A stretch of 64,000 bases of DNA, from the NCBI GenBank assembly GCA_945920215.1, contig CAMEJM010000003.1, positions 65,115-129,114 on the forward strand, written 5' to 3'. The translations under genes and the position numbers were made by a program. Below the pieces are notes generated by a model, which was given only the letters and a program-made list of their open reading frames with translations, had not been told where the DNA came from and ran no database searches. Below are positions 61,177 to 64,000 of this stretch, piece after piece (positions within the stretch are counted from its first letter, which is position 1; every line of letters starts with the position of its first letter). This DNA comes from an uncultured bacterium. Lineage in GTDB: Bacteria; Bacillota; Clostridia; Oscillospirales; CAG-272.

Positions 61177-64000
61177 ATGGGAGACTTTGTTCACCTGCAT
61201 TTGCACAGTGAATACAGCTTACTGGACGGCGCCTGCCGCATAGCGGAAATCCCAAAAGCGGCGAAGGCGCAGGGACACAGCGCTGTTGCGATTACAGACC
61301 ACGGTGTTTTATATGGCATCGTGGACTTTTACCGCGCCTGCAAGCAGGAGGGAATCAAGCCCATTATCGGTTGTGAAGTGTATGTGGCGCCGCGTGGGAG
61401 GCTTTCCAAGGATGGGCGTGTCGATATGTCCGGCAACCATCTGGTGCTTTTGGTAAAAAACGAAATCGGGTACCATAATCTCATTCAGATGGTTTCACGC
61501 TCTTTCACCGAGGGATTCTATATGCGCCCCCGCGTGGATATGGAACTGTTACGGGAATATCACGACGGACTGATCGCGCTTTCTGCCTGCCTTGCGGGTA
61601 CGGTGCCGCAACTCATCCTCTCGGGCGACTATGAGGGTGCCAAAAAGGTAGCGCTTGAGTATCAGGCGTTGTTCGGCGTGGATAATTATTATCTGGAAGT
61701 GCAGGATCATCTTCTGCCTGACGAAAAGCGAGTAGCGTCGGCTCTGCGTTCCATCTCACAGGAAACAGGGATTCCGCTTGTTGCGACGAACGACGTGCAT
61801 TACCTACGCCGCCGTGATTCCGAAACCCAGGCGGTGTTGATGTGTATTCAAACAAACCGCACGCTTGCGGAGGGAAGACCGATCGGTTTTGAGACGGACG
61901 AGTTCTATTACAAGAGCACCGAGGAAATGGAGCGTCTGTTTGCGGCGTTTCCCGGTGCGGTTGAAAACACGACTCGGATAGCGGAACGATGCAACTTTGA
62001 TTTTACCTTCGGAAAACTGTATTTGCCGAACTATCCCGCCGAAGCGGGGAAAAGCCACCGCGAAACGCTGGAGGCGTACGCGTTGGAGGGATTCGAGAAG
62101 CGGATCCGCCATGGCGAGATTACGTTTGAGAAACACAGCCGGGAGGAGTATGAGGCGCGTATCCGTTACGAGCTCGGCGTGATCGATACAATGGGCTTCA
62201 ATGCCTATTATCTCATCGTGCGAGATTTTGTCATGTATTCCAAGACGCACGGGATTGCAGTGGGACCCGGACGGGGGAGCGGGGCGGGAAGTCTCGTCGC
62301 CTATTGCGTGGGGATCACGGACGTGGACAGCATTCGTTATGATTTGCTGTTTGAGCGTTTTCTGAACCCGGAGCGGCAGACCATGCCCGACTTCGACGTG
62401 GATTTCTGTTATGAAAAGCGTGACCGCGTAATTGCCTATGTCAAAGAACGATATGGGGAAGATCACGTGGCGCAGATTATCACTTTCGGAACACTGGCGG
62501 CGCGTGCCGCGGTTCGCGACGTAGGTCGGGCACTGGGGATGTCCTATGCCGACGTTGACGCCGTCGCCAAGATGATACCCAACAACTGCACCTTAAGGGA
62601 AGCCTTGCAATCCCGCGATTTGAAAGAGCGGTACGAAAATGACGAGGATGTCCGTCGCCTGCTTGATTTTTCCCTTGACGTGGAGGGAATGCCGCGCCAT
62701 GCTTCCACGCACGCAGCGGGCGTGGTGATAACGGAGGAACCCGTTTCACATTATGTTCCCCTTGCCGTCAACGGCGATATGACGGTGACGGAGTTCGATA
62801 TGGACACGGTGGCGGCACTCGGACTTGTCAAATTTGATTTTCTCGGGCTCCGCTACCTGACGGTTATGGAAAAGGCGGTCGAGCAGATAGTCCGGGAAAA
62901 TCCCGATTTTGACCTGCTGTGTCTGCCGTTTGACGACGCTGCGACCTATCGGATGATTTCAGCCGGCCGCACGGACGGGGTATTTCAGCTTGAATCCGCC
63001 GGCATCCGTCGGGTGCTGACCGAAATGAAGCCAAACTGCTTTGATGACATCATTGCGACCATCGCCCTCTACCGTCCCGGCCCCATGGATTCCATCAATA
63101 CCTTTATCGCACGTAAGCACGGAAAAGAACCCATCCGGTACGATACGCCCGAGCTGGCGGAGATTTTGGACAGCACCTACGGGTGCATCGTGTATCAGGA
63201 ACAGGTCATGCAGATATTCCGCGCACTTGCCGGATATTCATTTGCGCGCGCGGATCTAGTGCGCCGTGCCATGTCGAAGAAAAAGGCGGACGTGATGGCG
63301 GCGGAGCGCACGGCGTTTATAGAAGGGTGCGCCGCGCGCGGTATCTCCGACGGAATCGCGGAAAAGATTTTTGAGGACATGGAGAGCTTCGCCAGTTATG
63401 CGTTCAATAAAAGCCATGCGACTGCATACGCGGTCATATCTTACCGCACGGCATATCTGAAGTGCCATTATCCCGCTGCCTTTCTGGCGGCTCTGATGTC
63501 CTGCGGGACCCCCTGTGACCCGGCAGCATTCGGCGTGAAAGTTCTGCCGCCGGACGTCAATGAGAGCTTGCTCGGTTTTTCCGCAGGCGACGGGTATGTC
63601 CGATACGGCTTTCTTGCAATCAAGAACGTCGGAAAGCAGTTTATTGACGCGCTTCTGCAAGAACGCGAAAACGGAAAGTTCCACTCTTTTGAAGATTTCA
63701 TTGACCGTATGGCAACCTCCGACCTGAACCGTCGGCAGATCGAATCCATGATCAAATGCGGTTGCTTCGACGCCTTTGGCATTTACCGCTCCCGCTTGCT
63801 TGCGGTGTATGAGGAGTTGATTGCGCGTGCTGTCCGTCGGGCGCATGAAAACGTGACGGGGCAAATGGATTTCTTCAGTTTTGCCGCCACACCGGCAGAG
63901 GGGCATCCCCTCGGCGGGGTCGTATATCCGAACCTGCCGGAATTTCCACTCAAAGACCTCTTGGCTTTCGAGAAAGAAATCACAGGCATCTGCTTCTCCG
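61177..64000 (+). CDS. dnaE: DNA polymerase III alpha subunit (DnaE type), N-terminal ~940 codons; continues beyond the window
   Basis: Not in the ORF track because it is open at the window end. Manual translation from ATG 61177 gives MGDFVHLHLHSEYSLLDGACRIAEIPKAAKAQGHSAVAITDHGVLYG (PHP domain). Downstream I read GPGRGSGAGSLVAYCVGIT and FDVDFC-type motifs. The frame stays open to nt 64000. Confidence 0.9.
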   Translation, partial: MGDFVHLHLHSEYSLLDGACRIAEIPKAAKAQGHSAVAITDHGVLYGIVDFYRACKQEGIKPIIGCEVYVAPRGRLSKDGRVDMSGNHLVLLVKNEIGYHNLIQMVSRSFTEGFYMRPRVDMELLREYHDGLIALSACLAGTVPQLILSGDYEGAKKVALEYQALFGVDNYYLEVQDHLLPDEKRVASALRSISQETGIPLVATNDVHYLRRRDSETQAVLMCIQTNRTLAEGRPIGFETDEFYYKSTEEMERLFAAFPGAVENTTRIAERCNFDFTFGKLYLPNYPAEAGKSHRETLEAYALEGFEKRIRHGEITFEKHSREEYEARIRYELGVIDTMGFNAYYLIVRDFVMYSKTHGIAVGPGRGSGAGSLVAYCVGITDVDSIRYDLLFERFLNPERQTMPDFDVDFCYEKRDRVIAYVKERYGEDHVAQIITFGTLAARAAVRDVGRALGMSYADVDAVAKMIPNNCTLREALQSRDLKERYENDEDVRRLLDFSLDVEGMPRHASTHAAGVVITEEPVSHYVPLAVNGDMTVTEFDMDTVAALGLVKFDFLGLRYLTVMEKAVEQIVRENPDFDLLCLPFDDAATYRMISAGRTDGVFQLESAGIRRVLTEMKPNCFDDIIATIALYRPGPMDSINTFIARKHGKEPIRYDTPELAEILDSTYGCIVYQEQVMQIFRALAGYSFARADLVRRAMSKKKADVMAAERTAFIEGCAARGISDGIAEKIFEDMESFASYAFNKSHATAYAVISYRTAYLKCHYPAAFLAALMSCGTPCDPAAFGVKVLPPDVNESLLGFSAGDGYVRYGFLAIKNVGKQFIDALLQERENGKFHSFEDFIDRMATSDLNRRQIESMIKCGCFDAFGIYRSRLLAVYEELIARAVRRAHENVTGQMDFFSFAATPAEGHPLGGVVYPNLPEFPLKDLLAFEKEITGICFS

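Overview
The window looks like a 64 kb chromosomal segment of a Firmicutes/Clostridia-type genome. The evidence is whiA, Gram-positive ribosomal-protein clusters, a ZTP riboswitch, TTGACA-17-TATAAT promoters and mid-50s % G+C by eye. Most of it is housekeeping.

**Gene content, in order**
- A truncated GT2 glycosyltransferase (manual call, off the window edge).
- DUF1653 and an AlkD-like repair gene.
- A feoA-feoA-feoB-Cys-rich iron uptake operon carrying three copies of a GTTAGC-N4-GCTAAC palindrome.
- A roughly 13 kb minus-strand operon, purE-purC-purF-purM-purN-(PurO-like IMP cyclohydrolase)-purH-purD-purL-fhs, behind a ZTP (pfl) riboswitch.
- trxB and a GH31 hydrolase.
- A tRNA-punctuated mosaic (23.2-29.7 kb): 2x tRNA-Ala, a tandem GNAT, tRNA-Ser, dCMP deaminase, a pair of COG0523-type metallochaperone genes (one with an extreme His/Asp/Glu tract built from 39-bp tandem repeats), and an AT-rich islet encoding a membrane-anchored PD-(D/E)XK nuclease next to tRNA-Gly/tRNA-Thr.
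- rsmA, KH-protein-rpsP-ffh-ylxM, rpsT, a flavodiiron protein, rpsF-ssb-rpsR, two tandem AI-2E transporters and ispE.
- A self-contained three-gene cassette: TerB-N/TerB-C protein, DUF2791/BrxD-like P-loop ATPase and Lhr-like helicase (40.4-45.8 kb).
- A SAM methyltransferase, hslO, PPi-type phosphofructokinase and trkH-trkA.
- nusB, a Kae1/TsaD-like gene, xseA-xseB-ispA-tlyA-nadK-argR-recN, murB, whiA and the 5' part of dnaE (manual call, runs off the window).

**Best candidate system.** The three-gene cassette has the architecture of the Shango (SngABC) anti-phage system and is the strongest accessory or defence candidate in the window.

**Not found.** I saw no rRNA, CRISPR array, integrase or transposase.

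**Limits.** All functional calls rest on motif recognition in the supplied translations and in my own manual translations. No database search was run.
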